Below, in pieces: positions 52,544-62,450 of a DNA stretch of 64,000 bases. Numbering within the stretch: the stretch's first letter is position 1; the number at the start of each line of letters is the position of its first letter. The stretch covers positions 64,001 through 128,000 of the forward strand of contig CAWDOY010000054.1 of the NCBI GenBank assembly GCA_963803975.1, in the 5' to 3' direction. The DNA comes from an uncultured delta proteobacterium (GTDB lineage: Bacteria > Desulfobacterota > WTBG01 > CAIYCZ01). The notes under the pieces are model-generated. The model saw only the letters and a program-made list of their open reading frames with translations. It did no database searches and was not told the origin of the DNA. A program made the position numbers and the translations under genes.

Positions 52544-53968
52544 ATGGCATACGAACTCAAACAGCAACTCAAACTAACCCAGCAATTAATAATGACGCCG
52601 CAGTTGCAGCAGGCTATAAAACTGCTGCAGCTTTCAACGCTTGAGCTGTCAGACCTGCTGCAGCAGGAAATAAATGAGAATCCGGTGCTTGATGAAATAC
52701 TCGGAGACAGTGAGAAAGATCGGGAGCTTGCAGAGGACGGAGCGCCGGTTGACAGTGCGCCCGACCCTCTCCCTGAGTTAGACGGCAAGCCGGAGTTTGA
52801 CTGGAGAGACTACGTTGACAAGTCAGCCATGCCCCGGAGCAGCACTTCCTATCAAAGCGAGGACCGGGACGAATTTGAACCAATAATAACCAAGCGGAAC
52901 TCGCTCGTTGATCACCTGATGTGGCAGCTGCATCTTCACCTTTTGAGCGAGGTTGAGCAGACGATCGGTGAATATATCATCGGCAACCTGAATAAGGATG
53001 GATACCTGCAGACCACGGTTGACGAGATTGCCCGGGACTGCGGCGCGGACGAAGAGACCATAGAAACGGTCCTGGAAAAGATCAAAAAACTTGATCCGGT
53101 CGGCGTTGCCTCGCGGACGCTGCAGGAATGCCTTCTGGCGCAGGTGGAGCTTCTTCCCGGCGATCAAACCCTGGTTAAGCGTATCCTGCAGCAGCAGATG
53201 TCAAACCTGGAGGGACGGCGCTATCAGCTCATGGCCAAGGATTTAAAAGTGTCTCTGGAGGAGATCGTGCATGCCTCCCAAATCATATCCAATATGGAGC
53301 CCCGGCCGGGACGCGGCTTTAGTGACAATGAGACCCAGTATGTTGTGCCGGACATCTATGTATATAAGCTGAATGATGACTATGTGGTGGTTTTCAACGA
53401 GGATGGGCAGCCCAAGCTGCGCATCAACTCGTTCTATAAAAAAGCCCTGGCTGACCCGGAACTGTATTCACCGAAGACCAGGGACTACATCCAGGAAAAG
53501 CTGCGCGCGGCCGTGTGGCTGATCAAGAGCATTTACCACCGCCAGGGGACCATCGTCAATGTTATGAAGAGCATTATAAAATTCCAGCGGGATTTTTTTG
53601 ACCACGGCGTCGGCAACCTCAAGCCGCTGGTATTGCGGGATGTGGCAGAGGACATCAGCATGCATGAATCCAATATCAGCCGGGTCACCACCAATAAGTA
53701 TGTCCATACCCAGCACGGGGTGTTTGAGCTGAAATATTTTTTTAACAGCGGCCTCACTTCTGACAGTGGTGAAAACATTGCCTCGGAGAGCGTGAAAAAC
53801 AAGATCAAGGAGCTGCTGCAGACTGAAGACCCGCACAAACCCCTCAGTGATCAGGATTTTGCAGACACCTTCAAGCTCCAGGGTATTAATATTGCCCGCA
53901 GAACTGTTACCAAGTACCGGGAGATGTTAGGCATTCTCTCTTCGTCAAAGCGCAAAAAACTGTTTTAA
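52544..53968 (+). CDS. rpoN: RNA polymerase sigma-54
   Basis: MTPQLQQAIKLLQ, FELKYFF, ARRTVTKYRE. Confidence 0.97.
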   Translation: MAYELKQQLKLTQQLIMTPQLQQAIKLLQLSTLELSDLLQQEINENPVLDEILGDSEKDRELAEDGAPVDSAPDPLPELDGKPEFDWRDYVDKSAMPRSSTSYQSEDRDEFEPIITKRNSLVDHLMWQLHLHLLSEVEQTIGEYIIGNLNKDGYLQTTVDEIARDCGADEETIETVLEKIKKLDPVGVASRTLQECLLAQVELLPGDQTLVKRILQQQMSNLEGRRYQLMAKDLKVSLEEIVHASQIISNMEPRPGRGFSDNETQYVVPDIYVYKLNDDYVVVFNEDGQPKLRINSFYKKALADPELYSPKTRDYIQEKLRAAVWLIKSIYHRQGTIVNVMKSIIKFQRDFFDHGVGNLKPLVLRDVAEDISMHESNISRVTTNKYVHTQHGVFELKYFFNSGLTSDSGENIASESVKNKIKELLQTEDPHKPLSDQDFADTFKLQGINIARRTVTKYREMLGILSSSKRKKLF

Positions 53969-54016
53969 CCGTATTGCGTTACTGTCAAAAATTTTATGAA
54001 AAAAAGGAGTATGTTT

Positions 54017-54309
54017 TAACCACAGAGGTCACAGAGGTTTTCTCTGTGTTCTCAACAAAACAATAAATGGTACTATAATAATAAAAAAAATAAATGCATC
54101 ATACCCTGTTTTACAGCATAGAAGGGTAGCGCTACTGATATCCTTTGCCGGGCTGATAAAAAAGTCAGCGCTCAGATACCTTGTTCCGGAGCAAAAATTA
54201 AAAGAAGAGGAAAAAGAGAATAAGCAATGTAGAGAACACAGAGGGGAGGGTAATAAAATTGCTGCTACCTCCTTGCAATATACTATTTTCTCTGTGCGCT
54301 CCGTGGTTA
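54017..54309. repeat. Nested inverted repeat element (aaccacagag family)
   Basis: Outer taaccacagag / ctccgtggtta; inner ctctgtgttctc / gagaacacagag. Confidence 0.7.
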
Positions 54310-54347
54310 GTTTTTAACAATACAGAATATTGCCAAGAGGAGCTATT

Positions 54348-54890
54348 ATGGAAATTACCGTCACCTTTCGCCACTTAGAATCAACCGATGCACTCAGGGA
54401 CTATGCCAGGGAAAAAGTGTCGAGAATAAAGAAGTATGTGGGCACACCTGCCGAAGCGGCGGTGATTCTGTCACTGGAAAAGCGCCGCCACCAGGCAGAA
54501 ATCACCTTAAACACCGATGGTATAACCATTAACGCCAAAGAGGTCACCGAAGACATGTATTCATCCATTGACCTTGCGGTGGATAAGCTGGAGCGCCAGG
54601 CAAAAAAACACAAAGAGAAGATAAAAGACCACAAACCCGGCGCTGCAAGAGAACGCACGGCACGCTATAATATTCTCTCTTCTCAGCAGGAGGAACAGGC
54701 TCTGCGGGGACGGATCATCAAGACCGAAAGCGTTTTTATAAAACCCATGTCTATCGATGAGGCCATAATGCAAATCGACGTGATGAACAGTGACTTTATG
54801 GTATTTACCAATGCTGAAACGCAGAAGGTAAATGTCCTCTATCGCAGACGGGATGGCAACCTGGGGCTTATAGAGCCGGAAAATGTATAA
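54348..54890 (+). CDS. hpf: Long ribosome hibernation promoting factor
   Basis: DMYSSID, KLERQ, KPMSIDEA, YRRRDGNLGLIE. Confidence 0.93.
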   Translation: MEITVTFRHLESTDALRDYAREKVSRIKKYVGTPAEAAVILSLEKRRHQAEITLNTDGITINAKEVTEDMYSSIDLAVDKLERQAKKHKEKIKDHKPGAARERTARYNILSSQQEEQALRGRIIKTESVFIKPMSIDEAIMQIDVMNSDFMVFTNAETQKVNVLYRRRDGNLGLIEPENV

Positions 54891-54929
54891 ATCTGCAGCA
54901 GCAAACAATAAGATGCCGCATATGCTGGT

Positions 54930-55397
54930 ATGAAATTTTGTGACATTCTCAGCGAAGAGTTGATAATTCCTGATCTTCAGCAGACAGAAAAAACCAGGGT
55001 CCTGGAAGAGCTGGTCAGCCATCTGTCAGCTGCCGTGGAAGGGATTAATGCCGGCGAGCTGCTGGCAGTTCTCCAGGAGCGGGAAAAGCTCGGCAGCACC
55101 GGCATTGGCGACGGGGTTGCCATTCCTCACGGGAAATTAAAGGAGCTGAAGAAACTGCTTGCGGTGTTCGGAAAAAGTACGCGCGGGGTTGCATTCAATT
55201 CTATTGATGGCAGACCGGTGCATCTCTTTTTTTTACTGGTCGCGCCGGAAAATTCCGCCGGGGTGCATCTGAAAGCCCTTGCACGCCTGTCCCGGCTGCT
55301 TAAAAACAATGGCTTTCGGCAGAAACTGATGGATGGTGCAGATGCCCGGAGCCTTTACCAGGTGATTGTTCAGGAAGATGAGCAGTATGTTGTTTGA
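54930..55397 (+). CDS. ptsN: PTS EIIA-Ntr
   Basis: REKLGSTGIGDGVAIPH, HLKALARL. Confidence 0.92.
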   Translation: MKFCDILSEELIIPDLQQTEKTRVLEELVSHLSAAVEGINAGELLAVLQEREKLGSTGIGDGVAIPHGKLKELKKLLAVFGKSTRGVAFNSIDGRPVHLFFLLVAPENSAGVHLKALARLSRLLKNNGFRQKLMDGADARSLYQVIVQEDEQYVV

Positions 55398-55548
55398 ACA
55401 GTGATTGCACAGCCCGTTCACCATCCCCGCTCCCATGGTTATTACCGGTAGCCGCCGTGCACCAGGGCTGGATAATCCCCCCTGAACGGAAGCTCTTACT
55501 CCCGGTCCTCCTTTTTCTTCCACCAAGCGTAATACAAAAGAAGCGTGT

Positions 55549-56412
55549 ATGAGAGAGCTTAGAATCATCATCATTAGCGGACTTTCCGGTACCGGAAAAA
55601 GTACCGCGCTGAAGACCCTGGAGGATCTCGGGTTTTTTTGCGTTGATAATCTGCCGGTGCTGCTGCTGCCTAAATTTATTGAGCTCTTTCAGCTCTCAAC
55701 CCTTGATGTGTCAAAAATCGGGCTGGTGATGGATGTGCGCGAGCGCGAATTCCTTAAAGAATATCCGCACATGTGTGACCTGCTGCAAGGCTTGGGCTAC
55801 CATATCGAGCTGCTGTTTCTGGAATCATCGGATGAGGTGCTCATCCAGCGGTTCAGTGAAACCCGGCGGCAGCATCCCTTAAGCGACGAAGGTTCAGTAG
55901 CCGAAGGCATCCAGATAGAGCGGGAAAAGCTCGGGGAGCTGAAGTCCCGGGCGGATAAAATTATCGACACCTCAGAATTAACGGTGCATCAGCTGCGCAT
56001 GCTCCTGGAGGAGTTTTTTCAGCAATCGTCAACCCGCGGCATGCACATAACGTTCATGTCCTTCGGTTTTAAATACGGGGTGCCCCACGATATTGATATG
56101 CTGTTTGATGTGCGGTTTTTACCAAACCCGTATTTTGTGAGCGAGTTGAAGGACCTCGATGGCACTGACCCGCGGGTAGCAGACTATGTGTTTCGCTGGC
56201 AGGAGACGCAAGGGTATCTGCAGAAGCTGCAGGACTTTATCTCCTTTCAGCTGCCGCTCTTTGAGCGCGAGGGCAAAACCTATCTCACCCTCGCCATTGG
56301 CTGTACCGGGGGCCGTCACCGTTCAGTGGTTATTGCCGAGCATCTCAAGGAACTGTTTTCCCGGGGCAAATCTGACGTGTATATAAACCACCGTGATTTA
56401 AAGAAGCAATAG
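55549..56412 (+). CDS. rapZ: RNase adapter RapZ
   Basis: GLSGTGKS, CVDNLP, SFGFKYG, DVRFLPNP, GCTGGRHRSV. Confidence 0.95.
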   Translation: MRELRIIIISGLSGTGKSTALKTLEDLGFFCVDNLPVLLLPKFIELFQLSTLDVSKIGLVMDVREREFLKEYPHMCDLLQGLGYHIELLFLESSDEVLIQRFSETRRQHPLSDEGSVAEGIQIEREKLGELKSRADKIIDTSELTVHQLRMLLEEFFQQSSTRGMHITFMSFGFKYGVPHDIDMLFDVRFLPNPYFVSELKDLDGTDPRVADYVFRWQETQGYLQKLQDFISFQLPLFEREGKTYLTLAIGCTGGRHRSVVIAEHLKELFSRGKSDVYINHRDLKKQ

Positions 56413-56584
56413 GCGGTGTTGCCACAGTCCTGCCGAAAAAGCTTCCGTCCCGTTCAGGCGGGAATGAAAAAGACAGACAGCAAAAAACGTAAACACTCAT
56501 TACCGAAAGGCACGCTCCGCGCTTACGAATCTTTTTATCGATTCGGGGAGCGCGGAAATCACACAAGCAAGGAGAAATTATATA

Positions 56585-56986
56585 ATGGTTGGTATTGTTC
56601 TTGTCGCCCACTGCAATTTAGCAGAGGAATTTTTGCAGGTGTTGAGGCTGATTGGCGGAGAAGTTGATAATTTCTACCCGGTCCGCTTTAACCCTGATGA
56701 CTCTCCGGAAGATTCGCTCCGGAAGATTGCTGCTGCGGTTAAAAAAACTGACCGCGGCAAAGGGGTTATCATTTTGACGGACATGTTCGGCGGTACACCC
56801 TCTAATCTGAGCCTGACACTGCTGGAAGAGGGGAAGGTGGAGGTGGTCACCGGCGTTAATCTCCCGATGCTCATTAAACTGACGCAGAGCCGGGAAAAAA
56901 ATATCAGACTGTTTGACCTGGCCCAGGAGATAAAATCATGCGGTCAAAAAAATATCTCTGTGGCAAGTGATATACTGAAAAAGTAG
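56585..56986 (+). CDS. PTS mannose/fructose-type EIIA
   Basis: IVLVAH, LTDMFGGTPSN, GVNLPML. Confidence 0.9.
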   Translation: MVGIVLVAHCNLAEEFLQVLRLIGGEVDNFYPVRFNPDDSPEDSLRKIAAAVKKTDRGKGVIILTDMFGGTPSNLSLTLLEEGKVEVVTGVNLPMLIKLTQSREKNIRLFDLAQEIKSCGQKNISVASDILKK

Positions 56987-57001
56987 ACCGTATAGCGGGT
57001 A

Positions 57002-57083
57002 CCAGGTGAACAGGTAAAAAAGGCCAAAAGGTAACCGTTAACTACACCTTTTAACCTCTTCACCTCTTTGCCTTTTTACCTTA
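57002..57083. repeat. 8-mer periodic inverted repeat (aaaaggt / acctctt)
   Basis: aggtaaaaaaggccaaaaggt...accttttaacctcttcacctctttgcctttttacct; related to the core of repeat B. Confidence 0.7.
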
Positions 57084-57113
57084 AGGGCACTACCGGCAGC
57101 TTGTAGAGCAGCT

Positions 57114-57623
57114 ATGGACATTACTGTCACCGAGATGAACGAACAGCACCTTGAAGCGGTGCAGGCAATCGAGCAGAGTTCCTTTATCGCGCCGTGGTCA
57201 ACGCAGCTCTTTAAGCAGGAACTGCAGCTGGCGGTTGCCCTGTCACTCATTGCAGCCATCCGGGAAGACGGCAGGGAAAAGGTTATAGGCTATTTTTGTG
57301 CCTGGATAGTGGAGGATGACTGCACCGTGTTAAGAATTGCCTGCCATCCGCAGCACCGCCGCCGTGGCATCGGCAGCATACTGCTGCAGCAGGGGCTTAC
57401 CAAGGCAGGGGAGCGCGGTGCCCGCAGGGCATCCCTGGAGGTGCGTCCCTCCAATGAGTCGGCGCTGGCGTTTTATCGCGCCTGCGGATTTACCATCGCC
57501 GGCGTGCGCAAGGGCTATTACCCGGAGACCGGCGAAGATGCGCTGGTTATGCAGCTGACGTTAGCCGTACCTCCGCACGGCAGCGGTAAACAATCAGCAG
57601 GCAGCGTTACCATACCTTCCTGA
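57114..57623 (+). CDS. rimI: Ribosomal protein S18 alanine N-acetyltransferase
   Basis: IEQSSF..PWS, RRRGIG, LEVRPSN, RKGYY, EDALVM. Confidence 0.88.
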   Translation: MDITVTEMNEQHLEAVQAIEQSSFIAPWSTQLFKQELQLAVALSLIAAIREDGREKVIGYFCAWIVEDDCTVLRIACHPQHRRRGIGSILLQQGLTKAGERGARRASLEVRPSNESALAFYRACGFTIAGVRKGYYPETGEDALVMQLTLAVPPHGSGKQSAGSVTIPS

Positions 57624-57632
57624 TCGGGTTTC

Positions 57633-58505
57633 ATGGTGATGAAAGAGGAAACAGTACTTCCCCGGATACATGACGCAGAGCTTCTGTATAACAGAGCTGT
57701 TGCTCCCGGCCTTTTTCGGATGCGCGTGCACTGCGCGGCTGTTGCCCGGCAGGCATGGCCCGGGCAGTTTATCATGCTGCAGGTAAGCGACCACACCGAC
57801 CCGCTCCTCAGGCGTCCGTTCAGCCTCTGCGGAACAGATGGCGAGACCCTTGAGATACTCTACCGGGTAGCAGGCCGGGGCACATCCATCATGACAGCCT
57901 GGAAAGCGCAGCAGGCGGTACATCTTATCGGGCCCCTGGGAAAGGGGTTTTCCATCCCGGATGGCATGAAAACAGCGTTTTTAGTGGCGGGCGGTATTGG
58001 CATCGCGCCCCTGTTGTTTCTGCTCCAGCACCTTGATACGCAGCAGCAGGTGACCGGCAAAAAGATTTTTCTGGGCGGCAAAACCGGGGATGATATCAGG
58101 GTGCTTGAAGATTTTAGACCGCTCCCTGCCGATATTTTTATTGCTGCCGAAGACGGGGCAGCCGGGTTCCACGGCCTTGTCACCGATCTTTTCACCGGAC
58201 ATATTGAGCAACACGCGCACCAGTATCTGCAACAGGCCGCTATTTTCAGCTGCGGCCCCCCGGCCATGGCACAGGCAGTGACTGCCATAGCAGCGCGCTA
58301 CGGACTTGCCTGCCAGTTGTCGCTCGAAGCGACTATGGCATGCGGCATCGGCGCGTGTCTTGGCTGTGCAGTTAAAACCAGGCCTTGTGCCGCAGATGAC
58401 CATGCCGGTGCTCATGAGCGCGGCAGCATGGCATTTCAGTATAAGCGGGTATGCGCGGAGGGCCCGGTCTTTAACAGCAGAGAACTGGTGTGGGAGCAGG
58501 AATAG
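57633..58505 (+). CDS. pyrK: Dihydroorotate dehydrogenase electron transfer subunit
   Basis: PGQF, LRRPFS, GPLGKGF, MACGIGACLGC, RVCAEGPVF. Confidence 0.92.
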   Translation: MVMKEETVLPRIHDAELLYNRAVAPGLFRMRVHCAAVARQAWPGQFIMLQVSDHTDPLLRRPFSLCGTDGETLEILYRVAGRGTSIMTAWKAQQAVHLIGPLGKGFSIPDGMKTAFLVAGGIGIAPLLFLLQHLDTQQQVTGKKIFLGGKTGDDIRVLEDFRPLPADIFIAAEDGAAGFHGLVTDLFTGHIEQHAHQYLQQAAIFSCGPPAMAQAVTAIAARYGLACQLSLEATMACGIGACLGCAVKTRPCAADDHAGAHERGSMAFQYKRVCAEGPVFNSRELVWEQE

Positions 58506-58590
58506 GGTTCCAGGATTCAAGGGTTCTAGGGTTCAAGTGTTATTGTACATTTCACTTGACCCCTTGGACCCAGGACCCCTCGAACCCTGT
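58503..58590. repeat. 8-mer periodic inverted repeat (aagggttc family)
   Basis: agggttccaggattcaagggttctagggttcaagtg...cacttgaccccttggacccaggacccctcgaaccct. Confidence 0.8.
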
Positions 58591-58599
58591 ATAAATATT

Positions 58600-59538
58600 A
58601 TGAACAAACATGCACAGCAGACAGACATTGATCTCTCCGTCACCATCGCCGGCATTCGGCTCAAGAATCCGGTCATGGCGGCATCCGGCACCTGCGGGTA
58701 CGGAGAAGAACTGGCATTGTTTCTGGACCTGAACTGCCTCGGTGCGCTCGTTACCAAGGGAGTATCGCTGCACCCCAGCCAGGGAAACCCGCCTCCCCGG
58801 ATTGTGGAAACCCCGTCAGGGATGCTCAATGCGATCGGCCTGCAGAATGTCGGGCTGGAGGAGTTTGCCACAAAAAAACTCCCCTTTCTGAGACAGTTTC
58901 AGACACCGGTCATCGTCAACTGTTATGGAAAATCAACTGAAGAATACACTGAACTGTGCAGCAGGCTGAGTGCAATAGAGGGGATTGCAGGGCTTGAAGT
59001 GAACATTTCCTGCCCCAATGTGAAAGAGGGGGGGATATGCTTTGGCACTGACCCGGCGCGAGCGCATGCGCTGGTCCGAGCGGTGCGCCGGGTGACCGGC
59101 CTGCCCCTGATTGTGAAACTTTCACCCAATGTGACCGACATTGCACTGATTGCCCGGAGCGTGGAAGATGCGGGGGCTGATGCACTGTCAGTGACCAACA
59201 CCTTTACCGGTATGGCGGTAGATATTCAAACCTGCCGGCCGAAGCTCGCTAATATTACCGGTGGCCTCTCCGGGCCTGCTATCAGGCCCCTGTCCCTGAG
59301 GATGGTCTGGGAAACGGTGAAGGCTGTCTCCATCCCGGTGATAGGGCTGGGCGGGATCATGGCAGCAGAAGATGCCCTGCAATATCTCATCACCGGCGCT
59401 CGTGCAGTCCAGATAGGCACTGCCCTGCTGGTACATCCCGATGCGCCGCTAAACATCATTGCCGGGATAGAAGAATATATGAGGGCGCGCCGTTGCTCTT
59501 CAATAAACGATATTATCGGCTGTCTGAAACTTCCCTGA
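58600..59538 (+). CDS. pyrD: Dihydroorotate dehydrogenase 1B catalytic subunit
   Basis: NPVMAASG, NISCPNV, VKLSPNV, GGLSGPAIRP. Confidence 0.94.
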   Translation: MNKHAQQTDIDLSVTIAGIRLKNPVMAASGTCGYGEELALFLDLNCLGALVTKGVSLHPSQGNPPPRIVETPSGMLNAIGLQNVGLEEFATKKLPFLRQFQTPVIVNCYGKSTEEYTELCSRLSAIEGIAGLEVNISCPNVKEGGICFGTDPARAHALVRAVRRVTGLPLIVKLSPNVTDIALIARSVEDAGADALSVTNTFTGMAVDIQTCRPKLANITGGLSGPAIRPLSLRMVWETVKAVSIPVIGLGGIMAAEDALQYLITGARAVQIGTALLVHPDAPLNIIAGIEEYMRARRCSSINDIIGCLKLP

Positions 59539-59548
59539 ATAGAAAAGC

Positions 59549-60625
59549 ATGGTGAAGAAAAGAAAGAAGACCTGTCAAATCCATGTTGGCCCGGTCTGCA
59601 TCGGCGGCGCTGCTCCCGTGAGCGTCCAGTCGATGACCAAGACCGATACCCGGAATGCGCGGGCAACGCTGGCCCAGATTCGCCGGCTTGAGAAGGCCGG
59701 GTGCGAGATTATCCGGGTTGCTGTCCCTGATGAGGCTGCGGCAGCCAGTCTGCCTGCGATCGTGAAAAATTCGCGCATACCGGTGATTGCTGACATTCAT
59801 TTTCACCACCGGCTGGCTCTTAAGGCGATAGCTGCAGGTGTTGCAGGACTGCGGCTCAACCCGGGCAATATCGGCAGCCGGCAGAAGATAGCAGCAGTGC
59901 TTGAGCAGGCGCGCGATCGCGGCATATCCATCCGTATCGGGGTCAATTCCGGGTCGCTGGAAAAGGACATCCGCAAACAGTACGGGGGCCCGACGCCTGA
60001 GGCACTGGTGGAGAGTGCGCTGCGCAGCATCGAACTGTTTGAACACCTGGCCTTTACCAGTATAAAAGTCTCAATAAAATCTCCTGACGTTGTGACCACG
60101 GTTGATGCATACCGGCTCCTTTCGCGCAAAACCCGCTACCCGCTGCACATCGGCATTACCGAGGCCGGGACCCTGTTCTCCGGCACGATAAAATCTGCCG
60201 TGGGCCTGGGAATACTCCTGTCTGAAGGGATCGGCGACACCCTGCGGGTTTCCCTGTCAGCCGACCCGGTTGAAGAAGTGCGCGCCGGGTTTGCCATACT
60301 TAAAGCACTGGGCCTCAGGCAGCACGGGCCTGAGATTATCTCCTGTCCGACCTGCGGCAGATGCCAGATTGATGTAATCTCTCTGGCGCGTACCATTGAG
60401 GCAAAACTCTCATCCATGAAACTTCCCGTAAAAATAGCCGTGATGGGCTGCGAGGTGAACGGGCCGGGAGAAGCCCGGGAAGCTGACATCGGCATCGCCG
60501 GCAGCCGCAGCAAAGGCGTTCTGTTTAAACGGGGAGTCATCATACGGCGGTGTGATAAGAGCGATCTGCTCGAAGAATTTTACCGGGAACTTGCAACGCT
60601 CACTGAAGAAAAAACTGAAGAATGA
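59549..60625 (+). CDS. ispG: HMBPP synthase
   Basis: VQSMT, ADIHF, RLNPGN, SCPTCGR, MGCEVNGPGE. Confidence 0.96.
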   Translation: MVKKRKKTCQIHVGPVCIGGAAPVSVQSMTKTDTRNARATLAQIRRLEKAGCEIIRVAVPDEAAAASLPAIVKNSRIPVIADIHFHHRLALKAIAAGVAGLRLNPGNIGSRQKIAAVLEQARDRGISIRIGVNSGSLEKDIRKQYGGPTPEALVESALRSIELFEHLAFTSIKVSIKSPDVVTTVDAYRLLSRKTRYPLHIGITEAGTLFSGTIKSAVGLGILLSEGIGDTLRVSLSADPVEEVRAGFAILKALGLRQHGPEIISCPTCGRCQIDVISLARTIEAKLSSMKLPVKIAVMGCEVNGPGEAREADIGIAGSRSKGVLFKRGVIIRRCDKSDLLEEFYRELATLTEEKTEE

Positions 60626-60734
60626 AACCACAGAGAGAAAGCTAACAGCTGATAGCTGTCAGCTGACAGCCGGTACTAATTTTCTCCCTGGTTATAAATT
60701 TTGAAAATCATGTGGACATGGAAAGGAAGTTGTT

Positions 60735-62450
60735 ATGCGCTACACACAGATGCTGATTCCAACGCTGCGGGAAGATCCTGCTGAAGCAGAAGTAATAAGC
60801 CACCGGCTGATGCTGCGCGCCGGTATGATCAGAAAGCTTGCTGCCGGCATTTACTCGACGCTGCCCCTGGGGGAGCGGGTCATGCAGAAAACCAGGCGCA
60901 TCATTCAGGAGGAGATGAACCGGGCCGGGGCCCAGGAACTGACCCTGCCGTTTGTACAGCCGGCAGAAATCTGGAAGGAGAGCGGGCGCTGGCATGTGTA
61001 CGGCAAGGAGCTGCTCAGGTTCAAGGACCGGGGCAACCGGGAGTTCTGCCTGGGGCCAACGCATGAGGAGGTTATTACCGACCTGGTGAAGGGCGTTGTC
61101 ACCTCCTACCGCCAGCTGCCCGTCACCCTGTATCAGATCCACCTTAAATTCAGGGATGAAATCAGGCCCCGGTTTGGCGTTATGCGGGCGCGGGAATTTC
61201 TGATGAAGGATGCCTACAGCTTTGATGCCGATGAGCAGGGCGCAGAGCAGAGCTACCAGAAGATGCATGATGCCTACAGCCGCATCTTCACCCGTCTGGG
61301 CCTTACGTTCAGGGCGGTTGAGGCTGACAGCGGCCCCATCGGCGGCAGCTTTTCCCATGAATTCATGGTGCTTGCCGAAACCGGTGAAGACCTGATTGTG
61401 AGCTGCACCGCGTGCGGCTACGGAGCAAATACGGAAAAGGCAGAGATCCGCAGGCCGGCAGATCGTGAGGTTTCTGCCGCACGGGAGGAAGCGCTGCAAA
61501 AGGTTGAGACACCCGGGATGAGGACGGTTGAGGAAGTGACCGGATTTTTGGGCGTGCCGCCGGCGCGCCTGATCAAGACCCTTATTTTTACCGGCCCGGA
61601 AGGCCCGTTTGCAGCTCTGGTGGGAGGAGAGCATGAAATAAACGAAGTGAAGCTCAGGAATGCCCTGGGCTATGATCACATCGAGCTGGCGGATGAAGGG
61701 GTGATTGAGCAGCTGACCCGCGCACCGCGGGGATTTGCCGGCCCCATCGGGCTGAACGTCACCATGATTGCCGATTACAGCCTTATGGGAGGCGCTAATT
61801 TTGTGACCGGCGGCAATGAAAAAGATATGCACCTGCTCAACGTGAATCCCGGCAGGGACTTTACTATCACCCGCTACGCGGACATCCGCATGGCTCAAAG
61901 CGGCGATGCGTGCCCGCGCTGCGAGAGCACGCTGCAGATAAGCCGCGGCATTGAAGTGGGGCATATATTCAAGCTCGGCATTAAATACAGTAAAACCATG
62001 GCTGCCACCTATCTTGACCAGCAGGGCCGGGAACAGTACTTTGTCATGGGGTGCTACGGAATTGGTGTCGGCAGAACCGTTGCTGCTGCCATTGAGCAGT
62101 CTCACGATGAAAACGGCATTATTTTTCCTCCCGCCATTGCGCCCTTCAGCGTCGTCGTGGTGCCGGTGAATACCAGGGACGGGCAGCAGATGACGATTGC
62201 GGAAACGATTTATGCGGGTCTTCTCGAGCGGGGCATCGAGGTGCTGCTTGATGACCGGGACGAGCGGCCGGGCATTAAGTTTAAGGATACGGATCTTATC
62301 GGCATACCGCTGCGCGTTACCGTGGGAACAAAAGCGGTCAAAGAACAGAGCGTGGATATAAAATTGAGACAGGGCGGGGACGTAGCGCTCGCAGCCATTG
62401 ATGACGCCGTAAACACCGTTGAGAACATGCTGAAAACTATCGGTCTATGA
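60735..62450 (+). CDS. proS: Proline-tRNA ligase
   Basis: LGPTHEE, RDEIRPRFG, IEVGHIFKLG, MGCYGIG. Confidence 0.97.
   Translation: MRYTQMLIPTLREDPAEAEVISHRLMLRAGMIRKLAAGIYSTLPLGERVMQKTRRIIQEEMNRAGAQELTLPFVQPAEIWKESGRWHVYGKELLRFKDRGNREFCLGPTHEEVITDLVKGVVTSYRQLPVTLYQIHLKFRDEIRPRFGVMRAREFLMKDAYSFDADEQGAEQSYQKMHDAYSRIFTRLGLTFRAVEADSGPIGGSFSHEFMVLAETGEDLIVSCTACGYGANTEKAEIRRPADREVSAAREEALQKVETPGMRTVEEVTGFLGVPPARLIKTLIFTGPEGPFAALVGGEHEINEVKLRNALGYDHIELADEGVIEQLTRAPRGFAGPIGLNVTMIADYSLMGGANFVTGGNEKDMHLLNVNPGRDFTITRYADIRMAQSGDACPRCESTLQISRGIEVGHIFKLGIKYSKTMAATYLDQQGREQYFVMGCYGIGVGRTVAAAIEQSHDENGIIFPPAIAPFSVVVVPVNTRDGQQMTIAETIYAGLLERGIEVLLDDRDERPGIKFKDTDLIGIPLRVTVGTKAVKEQSVDIKLRQGGDVALAAIDDAVNTVENMLKTIGL

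Noticed and set aside
53970..54340. ncRNA or sigma54 promoter before hpf
   Set aside because: No GG-N10-GC consensus recognised; the structure is explained by nested repeats
60708..62105. Long antisense ORFs (also 6256-7086, 13383-14108, 18493-19410, 36689-37624, 40931-41749)
   Set aside because: Shadows of GC-rich conserved genes with no recognisable motifs
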